From Amphiscolops sp. MND2022 (taxonomy: Eukaryota): 63,842 bases of DNA. Both the position numbers and the translations under genes were made by a program. The notes under the pieces were generated by a model. It did not search any database, was not told the DNA's origin, and was given only the letters and a program-made list of their open reading frames with translations. This document shows, in pieces, positions 12,989-25,070 of this stretch. Numbering within the stretch: the stretch's first letter is position 1; every line of letters starts with the position of its first letter. Location of the stretch: assembly GCA_964187785.1 (NCBI GenBank), contig OZ076409.1:87670159-87734000 (forward strand), written 5' to 3'.

Positions 12989-15900
12989 TTAGTAAGTTGT
13001 AGTTATAGCGTCAAGTCGTCGGAAGTCAGGATTTGCGTTAGGCTTAGGATTAGGTCTCAGGTTATACTTTGCTGTTTTTCTCGGGTTATATCCGATAGTT
13101 GTAGGCGGTGATGTTGGGGGAATAGGTGGACTTTCAATGGGTGGGGGGCGTCGTATGTATGGGTTATCTCCCACGTCTGTAGTAAGATTTGAAAAATCCG
13201 GAGATGGCGGCGCCTCGTTATTTGTATCATCAGTTTGATTTCTTGACATTTGAGACGTCGTGTCTTCGTCGTTCGTATTTGTCACTTCTTGTATTTCTAT
13301 GTGTTGATTGTTTTCTGTACTTTTTAATGTTTCGTGTTCGTCAATCTGCTTTCCAAAAGCCATTTCCCATGATACCGCATACCATTCATTGTGTGAGACT
13401 TTAACTTCTGGGTCAGGAAGGTAGTCGTTGGCTCGTACTGTGACGTCGGGCAAGCGCTGTTCTGGCACGTACGGTCGTATGCGAATTCTGTGTAGTGTTT
13501 GTGTATATCTTGTGCCAATTTTTCGTATTGTGTAGTTGTTGTTTGAAAGCACTTTGATTACTATATACGGTCCTGTCCAGATGCAATCTTGAAACGCAAA
13601 CTTTGTCGATTGATTGTCGGCTTTCGGGTTAAGTATATAGCAGTAGTCGTTGATTTTTAGTGGAGCCGCGGTTGCTTTGCGGTCGTAGTATTTTTTGTAT
13701 TTGAGATAGGACAGCATGTTGTCCTTTGCCGTCGCTCGCACTTCGTCAATTTGTTTTTGAAGTTGTTCTGCTACATCTGAATGGGGGTGGTTTTCCACTT
13801 TGGCTTGATGCCCAGTTTTAAATCGAGAACGTTGTAAGGTGTACGTCCGTGAAATACTGTAGATGGTTCGTAGCCCAGAGTTTCATGGTATGTTGTATTG
13901 TAATTCATCACTGCGATTTGGACATATTTGTGCCACATTGAGCGTCGTTCGCCCGTTGATATTTTTAGGGCGGTTTTGATTGAAGCGTGCGTTCTTTCCA
14001 GAATTCCGATTGTTTGTGCATGCTTCGTAGATGCGTGGCTGATTTGAATTTCAAGTATCTGGGTTATTTCTGCGACGATTTCTGATCGGAATTGTGAGCC
14101 TTTGTCTGATAAGATTAATGTTGGCGAGTATGCGTGTCTTGTCATGACGTCGACAATACATCGTCCTATTGTTTTTGCTGTGCTATTCTGCGTTGGATAT
14201 GCAAATAGGTAACGTGAAAAAACATCAATCATCGTGACGATGTTTTGGTATCCCGCAGAGTTTGGTAAGTTCGGCAATATGTCAATTTCTAGGATATCTT
14301 CTGGGCCTAGGACGTGTTCCGTATTGTTGATCATCTTTGGTCGGATTTGGCTGTTGTTGATTCGTTTGTATTTGATGCATTCTTCGCATTGCATTACCCA
14401 CTGTCTGATCTTCTTTGCTAATCCTGGGTAGTAGTATTTTGATCGGCATTCTTGGATCATTTTTGTGATTCCTGGATGCTTTCCCATTTGTCCATGAATT
14501 GCTTTCAAGAGTTCTGTGATTAAATGTTCGGGGATTAAAATTTGATGGTGAGTGACTTGGCCACATTCCCCGTAATATTTGCGCATTAGTACTCCATCTT
14601 TCACTATTAGTCTGTTCTCGTGGATTAGGAGGCGCTTGGCTGTCGGATCGGTCTGTAGAAGGTGTTTGTCGTATTCTTCACATATCAACTTCTTTTTGAT
14701 TGCTTTGAAAACCAAGTTCGAGTCTTGCTCGACTCTAATACGTGCGTCTTCCTTTATTGCCCCAAAGGTATAGGATGCCTTATTTATTGGGATTGGGGTG
14801 GTTTCTTTGATGGCTATTTTGATTTTGGTCGTCTCCTCGTCGCGTGCATTTTGTCTAGCTTGTTCTTTCTGCAGTAGGATTTCTTCTTCCGTTTCAATTG
14901 TTTCATCCGGAAGGAAGAAAAGTTGTTCCTCATCCGCGACGTCCGTTGATTGGAGATTCACTTGGATGGGCCTGATTGTAATATCCTCTCTGATTTTTAG
15001 TTCAACTCTTTCTTTGGGATTGAGATCAATTCTTGACAGAAAATCGGCTGCCGTGTTTTGCGTACCCGCGACGTGCATTATGTGGAAGTTGAATTGTAGT
15101 ACGTAATCACATGCATTCCACAGAGTGGGCGGGATTGCTTTTGTTTGGACGAAACGCGTTACCGATCTGTTGTCGGTCATCACAAGAGTTGGTAGGGTTG
15201 TTTCCCATAGAATATGGCTGTATTCAAGGAAGGCGTGATAGATTGCTAGAAATTCCTTGCAGTAAATTGACATTTTGATTTGAGCCGGGGAGAACACCTT
15301 TGATCCGAATGCGACTGGTGCAAATGTCTTCTTTTTTGAATTGAGTTTTTTGTCGTTGTCTTCCTCAATCATTAGGGCGTAGCCAGAGGCTCGGAAGCTG
15401 GCGTCCGTCATCAGGACGTACTGTCGTCCTGTGATTGGTTGTTTGAGTGCTGAACCGCAAGCTTGCGCCAGTGCTGCGTTGATGGCTTTGTAATGGTCGA
15501 GTAGTTCTTCTGTGATTTTGATTTGCTTGTCTGCTTTCAGTAGTTCATAGAATCCGAGCAATTTCTCAGACAGTCTCGGGATGTAGTTGCGATAATAATT
15601 GACAAAACCGATGTATCTTTGTACTTGTTTCTTGGATTTTGGGAATCTCACATTTGCTAAGAATTTTTGAATTTTATGATCCTGCGGGGCGATTCCTTGT
15701 GGTGTGATCGTTCTTCCAAGGAATTCGACTTCAGTTACTCCGAAATGGCTTTTTTCGATGGTTAGCTTGAGTCCCGCTCTTCGGATGCATTCAAAAACTG
15801 CTCGGATGTTGCGTATCAGTTGTGTCACAGAGTTGGCTGCAATTCCGATGTCGTCCACGTACTGCGCGCATTGGTCGGCCTTGATTACTTTATCCAAGTA

Positions 15901-17927
15901 TTCTCGCATGAAACTTGAAAATGCCGACAGGGCTCTGCTCAGTCCTTGTGCTAGGCGTTTGTGGGCGAACGTTCTGCTTGCAAAGTTGAAGGCTAGCATT
16001 TCGATTGATCGTTGGTCTGCCATCTGTAGGCAATGATATGCCTGTGAGCAGTCTAGTTTGCAAAACAATTTTTTCCCAGCTAGATGTTGAGCTGCATCTG
16101 ACAGGGTGCTGACTGGGTGGTTATTGTTGATGTAATCGTCTGAGATTAATGCGTTTATTTTTCGTAGATCGACGAGTAGTCGCAACTTGCCATTCGGTTT
16201 GCGTTGTGCGAAGATTGGGCTTGCATATTTTGAGAATGGTAGGGTCGTTATTATGCCGTACCTATGCATTAGTGCTAATTCAACTGTTAGATCTTCTTTC
16301 AGGTTGATTGGTACCGGTAGGCTTTGCGTGTAAATTGGGCGCTCGTCTTTCGGAGTTAATTTGACTTTGAAGCTATTGTTGATTCCAATATCAAGGCGAT
16401 GACGGGCAAAGATATCGTTGTATTCGACTATTGTTTGCTCAAGTTGCTTCCTGTCGTTGCCTTCGATTTGAGAACCTTCCCACTGAAACATGTCAAGGAA
16501 TTTTTGTCTTGATTCTGGGTCTTTGGTTGGATCTAAGTTTTCCTTTTGGATGAGTTCACGGATTTCCTTCAAGATCCGACGTTGGATTGGCGTATGTTCT
16601 TCTTCGTTCCCTGGATTCTCGGGTGTGGGGAACCAGAGGTTTTCATCGCTTTGTTCATGTTCATTTGATTTCATAAGTTCGTTGATGTACATGTGTGTGT
16701 CATCAGGATCTTCTAACAATTTGAGTGCGGCGGCGTCAACCGGTCGTATTTGTTTCGTGTCTTCAGGTTTGAGGATTTGTAGTTCTGCCAGCTTTGTATG
16801 ATTCTTTATTGCATGTGGGAAATCCGTTAGGTTGGCGATTCTGATGTTGAGCCTTTTGTTATGGGCTGTCGCCAGAGCTGGTGCAACAATGATTGTTGCT
16901 GTTTCATCAAATTGTGGTAGTGGTTGTACCGCACCAGTGACGTCATGCATGTTTGTGGTTATGACTATTGCGTTCACTGTTGTTGTTTGTTGGGGCAGTA
17001 CGGTTTGATTTCCTTCTGCCATTATTTGGAGCGGTTTCGGGTTGCATTTTTTCATCTCGTCCGTCATGGCTAGCGTCATTTCGACGTGCGGGAAATTGAT
17101 GGTTCCGTTGGCAGTGTCAATTACTGCTTGGTGATTTCTCATGAAGTTCAATCCTATGATAGGGAATGACGTTTTCGATAGGATGACGAAGGTATCCGTG
17201 AAGGTATATGTTCCAATATTGAACTGGATGTCCGCTGTGGCTATTGGTTGCTCTAGTTGTGCGTTTGCGCATTCGATCTTGAAAGGAGGTTGAGGGTATT
17301 CTTTTATGACACAACTATCACTGTTCATTTTGATTGCGTTGTAGTCTGACCAGGACATGGCATTGATGAACGCACCTGAGTCGACAAGTCCATCCATTGT
17401 TATTTCACCGAATTCTAGTGGCAAGTACAGCATTCTCCTTCTGTTCTTGAGGACTATAGTGGAGTGGAGAGGTATATATGTTTCTCCATCCTTTTCGGCT
17501 ACGTACTCCTTGATTGAGTTGAGTGATGTGGGGAAATCGTCTGGGACAGAAATGTCTTGGTGGAGTCGTGATTATCTCCTTCATTTTGTTGTGACGATAG
17601 GTGGTCGTCGGAGGCGCTTTCATTTTGTTCTACCTGGTTTGTAGCGGAGAGTTCTCTGTTGATGGGGGGTAAGTTGGTAGGACGATTTGCTTGTTGTTTA
17701 GGATTGTCCCTGTAGTCTTTATCGTGAGTGTAGGTTTCTGCTTGTTCGGTTTGTGGATATGGCCTTTTTATAGAAGCGAGTGCTTGTCGTCTTAGCCAAT
17801 CTACCGTTGGTGTGCCATCACACCCTACTGTTGAGTCGTTTGTATAGGTGATGGGGGGATCTGTTGATGAGTACGCCCTCGCGGCTACGGTTTCCCCGAA
17901 TCGCAGGCGCGGCGTATCTAGTTTTTT
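12989..17927 (-). pseudogene. pol: Element B Pol polyprotein (protease LVDSGA, RT YVDD, RNase H, integrase HHCC/DDE/GPY), with two 1-nt frameshifts
   Basis: ORF 13771-17433 plus 12989-13798; the -1 frame is open from the slippery site at 17921-17927; frameshifts at ~17500-17570 and ~13781. Confidence 0.93.
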
Positions 17928-19356
17928 GATTCATCTGCGGCTTGATTTGTCTGCTGTTGTGCAGAGTTATCTTGTTTCCTTTCTTGTTGGAGATGTCGTT
18001 TAGGTCTCGGGTCATTTGCCGAGTTAGCTCCGTTCCAACAGTTTTCTGTTTTGTGGGGTTTTCCACAGGTATCGCATTTAAGTGGTTTGCCTGAACTGCT
18101 GCTGGGTTGGCAATTGTTTTTCTTGGTTTGCATCCATTTATCTCTTTTCATTTTCCTACACTCCGCCTTGTAGTGTCCGAATTTGTTGCAGTAGAAGCAA
18201 TACCCTTTCTTGGTGTTTTGCGTTGTGTTGTCGGCCTGTTTGGACTCAGTGTTTGGTGGGGCCGGTTCTACTTTGTTTAGCGGTACCAGGTTTACTTCAT
18301 CTGGCGCCCCGAGGCCGTTAAGTCTCATTTCCCTTTCTAGATGCAGTACGATGTCGTTATAGGGTTTGTCTTCAAGGTACGCTCTATTTAATATTTTCTT
18401 TACATGGTCTGGCATTTTTGCATATATTGCCTTGTCAATAAATTGTTGGGCTTCAGAGCCAAAAGCTTCTTTGGCTGTTTTTTGCAGTACATCTAGAAAT
18501 TCGTGGAGTTTCTGGTTCGAGGGGTCGAATTTGAGCTCATCCCATTCGCATCTTTCCTTGGCCATGGACAAATAATCTCCGAAACGTCGTTTGAAAATCG
18601 TCATGATCTCATCAAGGGAATCCTTTTTCGTATCTTCAATATTACAAAAAGCTTGTAAAGCATCTCCCCTGAGCAGGGAGTGGAAATAGTTTATTTTTTG
18701 GATTTCCGTAAGGTGTGGATACATTTTGATATTATTGCGGAAAAGGTCTTCGAAAAGTTCGAATTTTTCCGACTTCCCATCGAAGGTTGGGAGTGACGCC
18801 GTGAGTGCTTTTGGCATGGGCAGAGTAGTGCTATCGTTTTTATCTGTTGCAAAAAAAGTCCTTGCCGCTACTGGACGTTCTTTTGACGGCGGTTGGCTCT
18901 GAGACCTGGCTTTTGTTCTTTTTGGCTGGTTTGTGGAATCGGTTAGGACTCCTGTCACCATGTTACGACATGCTATCGGGTCGTTTTGAGTTGAACTTAT
19001 TCTCACTGATTTTGTAGGAGTATAGAAACTTCTAGTTTCCTCCTCTACCTCTTCTTCGGTATTTTCTCTAATGATCCCTCTTGTTTCAGGTTTAAGGAGT
19101 TTCAACATCTCCTTCTGGGATTCAATAAGAACATTCTTAATCTCTGACGTTATTTCCTCCTTTAAGGAAGCCCTCAAGCTTTCAAAGAGACTATTCTCAA
19201 TCCGGGGGATTTTGGTTTAGAAGGCCCCGCTACCTCATCGTCCTGATTCAAAGAACAAGGATTTCCTACTACTATGGGTGAAATCAAGCCTTCACTTACG
19301 TTCTCACTGGTGCTTTGCTGATCGTTCCTTCTTTTTTGGCTTCTTGTTGTTGACAT
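17918..19356 (-). CDS. gag: Element B Gag with two CCHC zinc knuckles; 1-nt deletion in the G-run at ~19204-19208
   Basis: CFYCNKFGHYKAEC and CDTCGKPHKTENC; FDGKSEKFELFEDLF shared with A; the 3' LTR copy has 6 G and restores the frame. Confidence 0.9.
18949..18960 (-). promoter_or_regulatory. Primer-binding site TGGTGACAGGAG (tRNA-Leu-like, inferred)
   Basis: Abuts the 5' LTR end; TGGTGACAGGA is identical in A and C. Confidence 0.85.
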
Positions 19357-20765
19357 TTTGTAGAAAAGTTTGAACTTGAAGAATTGAATTTCTTCCAAAG
19401 ATTTTTCTGACAAAGTAGAACAAGGCGGGAGTGAAATTGAAAATTCAACTGAATTGTACAATTGCAAAAGACTGAGTCCCTTAACCATCAAATCCTATCA
19501 TATTTATACCCTCCCAGCATCATTTGATCACGACCATAATCCCTAATTTCCTTCGAACAATTAGTCATTTCCTGTTTTATCGATGAAAAAATCACGAAGT
19601 TCCCAAATTTGCGCTGACATTTCGTCGATTTTTAAGACACGGCAACTTTAAAATAGTATTAGTCATCAAACATGATCATATCATTTCATCCCGGCGTCCT
19701 TTTGCTTCCTCCCAAGCAGGAAGTAGATATTACTTCAGTCTGTCGAACCGGAAATGCTTCCCTGTTTCACTGCTTTGGTTCGCGGGAAATTGACGCTGAG
19801 ATGACGCTGACGTGAACAACAAATACTTGATTTTGAATTTCGCTTTGATAAAAATGCTATGACTAATTCCAAAATAGGAATATTTGAACGATGCTAGGAC
19901 GATATTTTATGAATTTGGATTCAATCTTTTGCTAGAGATGGGAATGAAATCATGATATGAAAATAATACTTTGTTAGCAACTTTGTCATGTCGTGTCAAA
20001 CACGACAAAATTTACAAAATTAACAACAACGTTTGTTAAATAACAACACCAACACAACGTAAATAACTAGACAGCAACGGATGTACTAATATAGAAAAAC
20101 ATGATCACACTCACAAGTACAGCGTTCAATGTTGTAGAGTACAAAAATGCAAAATATATGAAAATACATTTCCGGTACACAATATGCTTTTTAGTTGGAG
20201 AGAATAAACTGTGACTTCCTCATTAATCTACTGCGAAATCTTGTAATAAGATGATTTATGCACGTAAATTTCTTTATTGTTAAGGATACATGATCGTTAC
20301 TTAACGTGAGGTTGAAATTATTCTACATGTGTCAATACTCATTCTAAATTGGGGCCTTAAACCATGGAAAATCAACAATACATTCGTTATACAATTTGCA
20401 ACAGTCTGCAATTTTCCCTCTTTAGGAAATAACGGCATTTGCGCGATGAAAACTTGACTAAATTCGGCAAATTCGTTCACTTTATTCAATTTCATAAACT
20501 TGTCAACGTCATGTTGACGAGTTTTCTTGGCAGAATTTAAGCTTCATAAACTTGTCAACGTCATGTTGACGAGTTTTCTTGGCAGAATAGAGATTTTGAC
20601 TAGTTTGACGCAATGCTGACGAGTATTTTAGAAATGAATCTCTCGCTAGCTGCCGGAGCAGTGACGTCACAGTGGCGGTAAATTGGAATGATTTCTAGCA
20701 ATGCTATTAGTATAGGCGGATAATTGGAATGATTTTCTGGTATGCATATGCGAGGCAGTGACGTC

Positions 20766-21673
20766 TGTTGGCGCCAGTCATCAGAAGGCAGAGAAACTCA
20801 ATTCAGAACTTGCTGGTTGAGAAACAAAACTTGAACTCCACAAAACTTTGATGAAAATTTGAAGAAAAACCTCACATTGCAAATGGGGAAACCCCCCCCA
20901 AATGGGTTTTCTCAAAGTCTCTTAGTCATAGAGCCATGAAACTTGGCACACATACGCAGATACCTAACACGAACACACCGGCTAAGTTTCAAGGTCATTC
21001 ACCCATTATAACCTTCTTTACCCCTCACATGTGTAGTTATCAAGGTCATTGAACCAAAAATGTAAACTTTGTTATTTACCCATATGACCACATTAGAATG
21101 TAACTCTGTTGGAATTAGTGATATTTACCTTGTGTAAACATGCTTTAGAGCCCACCAAATCAACATGCTAAAACCACCATGTGCTTTGTTTACATAGCCA
21201 ATAACTTTAATAATTCACTCAAATGTCATTTATTTATACCACATATTTCAACTTATATTTACTGTAGAATTGTAAACCATATGTATACCATTATTAGATA
21301 GAGATTTTCTCCACTGAATAGCTATAGTCAAGTTGGGTCTCAGGACCGCGAGACTAATTAATCAACTTCTCAATCTTCACAACTTTTCGCTAGAGTCAGA
21401 GCGACTAAGTAGCTACTCTCATAGTTGCAGAGCCGGAGCGCGTGAAGATACTGTGAGGGAAGTGTGTGCAGGATCACATCGGATCCAAATCAGTGCAAAG
21501 CGGAATCGCAGGAGATTCCACGGGTCACATCGGACCCACAAGCCAAAAGATACAGTCCTTTAAACAAGAAAACCAGGATTTGTTTAGTGACGGTCCACAG
21601 CACTAAGCAACGGATCAGGGCGGCGTAAAGCTTGTCAAGCCTCAGCGCAGGATAAAGGCAAGCAGCCGTTACA
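20766..21673 (+). repeat. BEL/Pao 5' LTR (908 bp)
   Basis: Direct repeat of 25016-25924 with about 6 differences by eye. Confidence 0.95.
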
Positions 21674-21675
21674 TT

Positions 21676-21766
21676 TGGTCCGCCGACCCGGACAACTCGT
21701 TGGTCCGCCGACCCGGACAGCTCGTTGGTGGACGACCCGGACAACTCGTTGGTGGACGACCCGGAC
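21676..21766 (+). repeat. PBS (tRNA-Tyr-like) amplified as 4 tandem 24-25 bp units
   Basis: TGGTCCGCCGACCCGGACA(A/G)CTCGT x2, then TGGTGGACGACCCGGAC(AACTCGT) x2. Confidence 0.8.
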
Positions 21767-21840
21767 TAGAAGAAGACGAATCGTTGGTGGTCAACTGAGA
21801 AGATTGCCCAAGAAGAACAAGTGTCTGGATCTTGGAGCCT

Positions 21841-22034
21841 CTATTGTGTCTCTGGGAGATTGGGCTACTGTGTCTCTGGGAGTTTGGGCTACTGTGTCTC
21901 TGGGAGATTGGGCTACTGTGTCTCTGGGAGATCGGGCTATTGTGTCTCTGGGAGATTGGGCTATTGTGTCTCTGGGAGATTGGGCTATTGTGTCTCTGGG
22001 AGATTGGGCTATTGTGTACTCTGGGAGTTGGGCT
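21841..22034. repeat. 24-bp minisatellite, 8 units (CTAYTGTGTCTCTGGGAGATTGGG)
   Basis: Direct reading of tandem units with no spacers. Confidence 0.95.
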
Positions 22035-22399
22035 TTAGCAGCACTCTGGAGGTATTCGTGCATCAATTCTAGTTTTGAGACGAATTGTATTCTTTGGGAA
22101 CGTATTCCTGATTGAAGCAAAGATCTGGTCTAAGACGTCATTGCAAGTAAATCCACCAAGTAAAGCCAAGGGATCAAGTCAGAGAGACAAGATCCACCGA
22201 AACAATCAAGTTCGTCAACGAAGGCAAGTATAATCGACAGTATTGGGTTGACTCTTCAAGAATTGGCGATTGATTACCGGATTGAGCAGTTGACACTTTG
22301 TATCTGAGAAATTGCAAAGTTGGGATAAGTGACAAAGCCTACAAGAAACAATTGTGAAGTTCGAAAGCCCTCAGTGGAACAAAAGAGTCATATGAACAA

Positions 22400-23347
22400 A
22401 TGAAAGCCAAAAAGAAAGAAAGGCAAGTGATGCAGCACCCTCGAATGACAAATGTGTTTGAAGGAAGAAACACAAAGCAGAGCCAACAACTGATGGAGCT
22501 CAGACCGAAAGATTTGGAAAATGCGTCAGATTGGTACGCGTGGTGCCTCTATTGGGATATTGTACCCCTACATGTGAAAAAGCTCCATACATTGGTAAAA
22601 GACTTGGATGACAAGCTCGATGAGGAAGGAGCTGTTGTATCCAAAAGCAAATTGATTGATTGGGTAATTGAATACCGCGAGAGAAGACAGGCATTGCTGT
22701 TCTGTGTAGACTTTGTGTTGAGTCTTACGAATGAAGAAACGCAAAGACAGCTCAGTCGAAGTGTGACTGAATGGGACGAATTCTTTGCGAAACTGGAATC
22801 GAGTTGGGGATATTGGTTCCCCGATGTGCAGCAAATGTTGAAGTGTCCAATTGATGGGGCAAAAGAGTTAAAACTGAGTCAGATGACAAATGGAACATCT
22901 GCATACGCAGCTAAGAGATGCCCTCGCACAAGAAAGTTGAGGCAAAGACGTGTCCATCAGGCAAAACCTAATTGTGTAAAGAAAACAGCTAGTGAAAAGG
23001 AATCACTGAAACGGTCAAGAAGGACCAATGACCAAGAAAGTTGCTGGGTTATGAGAGACAGCATATCAGAATTGGAAAACTCTATCAACGATGTGACATC
23101 ACTACTCGAGGAAAACAGTAAGGTGTCTGACGTAACAATCCTGATGGACAACAGACCAACAGTTAGCACGAAGTGGTCAAATGAAGATCGACTGGTTCCT
23201 CTAGCATTAGAGAAAGCGGAAGATCAGAAATCGGATGAAGTCCAAGGCCAAAGAAGCGAGACTGGACAATTGGAAATAGAGGAACTGGGCAAAACTGGTT
23301 CAAACCAGAAGCAACAGAAACTCAGTGATTTCGAAAAGTTCAATTGA
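22400..23347 (+). CDS. BEL/Pao ORF part 1 (315 aa, helical, Gag-region-like)
   Basis: Long open frame downstream of the PBS; overlaps part 2 by a frame change. Confidence 0.55.
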   Translation: MKAKKKERQVMQHPRMTNVFEGRNTKQSQQLMELRPKDLENASDWYAWCLYWDIVPLHVKKLHTLVKDLDDKLDEEGAVVSKSKLIDWVIEYRERRQALLFCVDFVLSLTNEETQRQLSRSVTEWDEFFAKLESSWGYWFPDVQQMLKCPIDGAKELKLSQMTNGTSAYAAKRCPRTRKLRQRRVHQAKPNCVKKTASEKESLKRSRRTNDQESCWVMRDSISELENSINDVTSLLEENSKVSDVTILMDNRPTVSTKWSNEDRLVPLALEKAEDQKSDEVQGQRSETGQLEIEELGKTGSNQKQQKLSDFEKFN

Positions 23348-25070
23348 TAGACGAGTTCTTTATTTGAAAGTAAAAGCTCAAAAAGAGCAAGAAGAACTGC
23401 AAACCCGACTCGAGAAACTGAAGCGTGAAGCAATACAAATGGAAATAGCTGACTTGCATGAACAGCTTGTCCGCAGAACTAGAATAGCTGAAAAGGAAAG
23501 AGAAATAGCGGAAGTGTCGAGTAGTCAGGGGACTAGCTTCCCAAGTGTCTCATCAGTCGAAAGTTTCACGGAAGACTCAAGATGCATGGCTGAGACAGAA
23601 ACAGTCGAAGACGGCGCTAAGTCCAATATTGCACTATCAGTTCATTTGAAATCAGAGAATGCAGTGAAATTAGTTCACGAAGGAAAATTCTCCGCGCTTA
23701 GGAGAGACTCAAAATCTCCAACAGAAGCCGATGAGCAAGCTGATGACGGAACGTGCAGAAAAGAAGCAATATCACAACCAGACGTGAAACTTGCAAACCA
23801 AGGAACCTCGCAGCTCATCACAACGGAATGTATACAGAAATTGTCAGAAACATTCATTGTAGACAACGGTCGGCAAGACGTCCGTTCACAAACCCTCCTC
23901 GTGGATACCAAACAGGTTTTGGAAGAAGATATTCACTTGGGCATGAGTGAGCATTCGATAAGTCAAACAAAGGAGAACTTGAATCACACAATGGCAGAAA
24001 CAAGGAAGGAGCATAGATTCTTATCATTCGCATCAAGCAAACAATCTTCGGAAGAATTGAATGTGAAATTGGAGCTGCTGCAAGAGAGTGCAGAAAATAC
24101 CGCCGTACAACTGGACATACAACAAGGGAAAATATTCGAAGTGACGATGTTTCATGACAGTACTCTACTTCTTGAAGAAGGAAACAAATGTTTTGAATTC
24201 GACAAAAGTTATGGATTTGTGCATGAGCAACAATTTGCACTGCTTGATGATTGTAATGAAGAAGCAATGTATCGAAAGCTATGCCATGTTGCAGCAAAAC
24301 AAGACAAACCCGTTGAATGCAATGCCAAAGGTGAAACACGTACCATGATTGCAACCTTTGGAAAGAAATTTGATTTTGACTTCAAAGTATGCCTTGTAGA
24401 AGAAACTATCCCGAGTACTAACAATGTGTGGAACCCTCGGATTGGTAATGGAAACTCGGGAATGGATGCAGTGGCACAAGCTATCCCTAACGTGCACACT
24501 CAACTGAGCACTGGCCAGAGCAAGCAATTCGAGAAACGAGCTTGGAAGTTTGAACATACCTCAATCCTATTACATGGAATGGTCGAATGTGTTCAATTGA
24601 CAACTGGCATCCTATATGCAAAGATTGTGATAGATAAATTTGCAGACGAAATATCGCTAATGGAAACGCAATTGGGTTCTTCAAAAGCACAAACAACAAC
24701 AAGTTCGGAAAATGGGCCTTTCATAGGGCCGGCTGTATCACGGGAAGAAATGATGATGCAACTTCAATTTTTTGGAAAATGGATTAAAGAAGAAGTTAGA
24801 CAACTGGAAGTCAATGATTTGGTTTGGATAGTAGATGACAATGTGAAAAGAGCACACTACAAGACCAGCAGAGTGTTGGAAGTCTATCATGGAAGCGATG
24901 GGCGAGTGAGATCAGCGCTGGTGAAAACTGAAGATGGAAAACTGAAAAGACCAGTAGTGAAACTGGCACCCATGTTCTACGAAAGTGTTTTTCGGGAGAA
25001 AAACAGGGCCGGCAATGTTGGCGCCAGTCATCAGAAGGCAGAGAAACTCAATTCAGAACTTGCTGGTTGA
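23325..25070 (+). CDS. BEL/Pao ORF part 2 (581 aa): coiled coil, unknown middle, integrase C-terminal (DUF5641-like) tail ending in the 3' LTR
   Basis: VNDLVWIVDDNVKR...GSDGRVRSALVKT...RPVVKLAP is near-identical to the integrase tail at 31944-32330. Confidence 0.7.
   Translation: MISKSSIDRRVLYLKVKAQKEQEELQTRLEKLKREAIQMEIADLHEQLVRRTRIAEKEREIAEVSSSQGTSFPSVSSVESFTEDSRCMAETETVEDGAKSNIALSVHLKSENAVKLVHEGKFSALRRDSKSPTEADEQADDGTCRKEAISQPDVKLANQGTSQLITTECIQKLSETFIVDNGRQDVRSQTLLVDTKQVLEEDIHLGMSEHSISQTKENLNHTMAETRKEHRFLSFASSKQSSEELNVKLELLQESAENTAVQLDIQQGKIFEVTMFHDSTLLLEEGNKCFEFDKSYGFVHEQQFALLDDCNEEAMYRKLCHVAAKQDKPVECNAKGETRTMIATFGKKFDFDFKVCLVEETIPSTNNVWNPRIGNGNSGMDAVAQAIPNVHTQLSTGQSKQFEKRAWKFEHTSILLHGMVECVQLTTGILYAKIVIDKFADEISLMETQLGSSKAQTTTSSENGPFIGPAVSREEMMMQLQFFGKWIKEEVRQLEVNDLVWIVDDNVKRAHYKTSRVLEVYHGSDGRVRSALVKTEDGKLKRPVVKLAPMFYESVFREKNRAGNVGASHQKAEKLNSELAG
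24994..25015 (+). promoter_or_regulatory. Polypurine tract of the BEL/Pao element
   Basis: GGGAGAAAAACAGGGCCGGCAA immediately precedes the 3' LTR. Confidence 0.65.

Noticed and set aside
21676..22034. CRISPR-like array
   Set aside because: Units are contiguous with no unique spacers, there are no cas genes, and the context is a eukaryotic retroelement leader.
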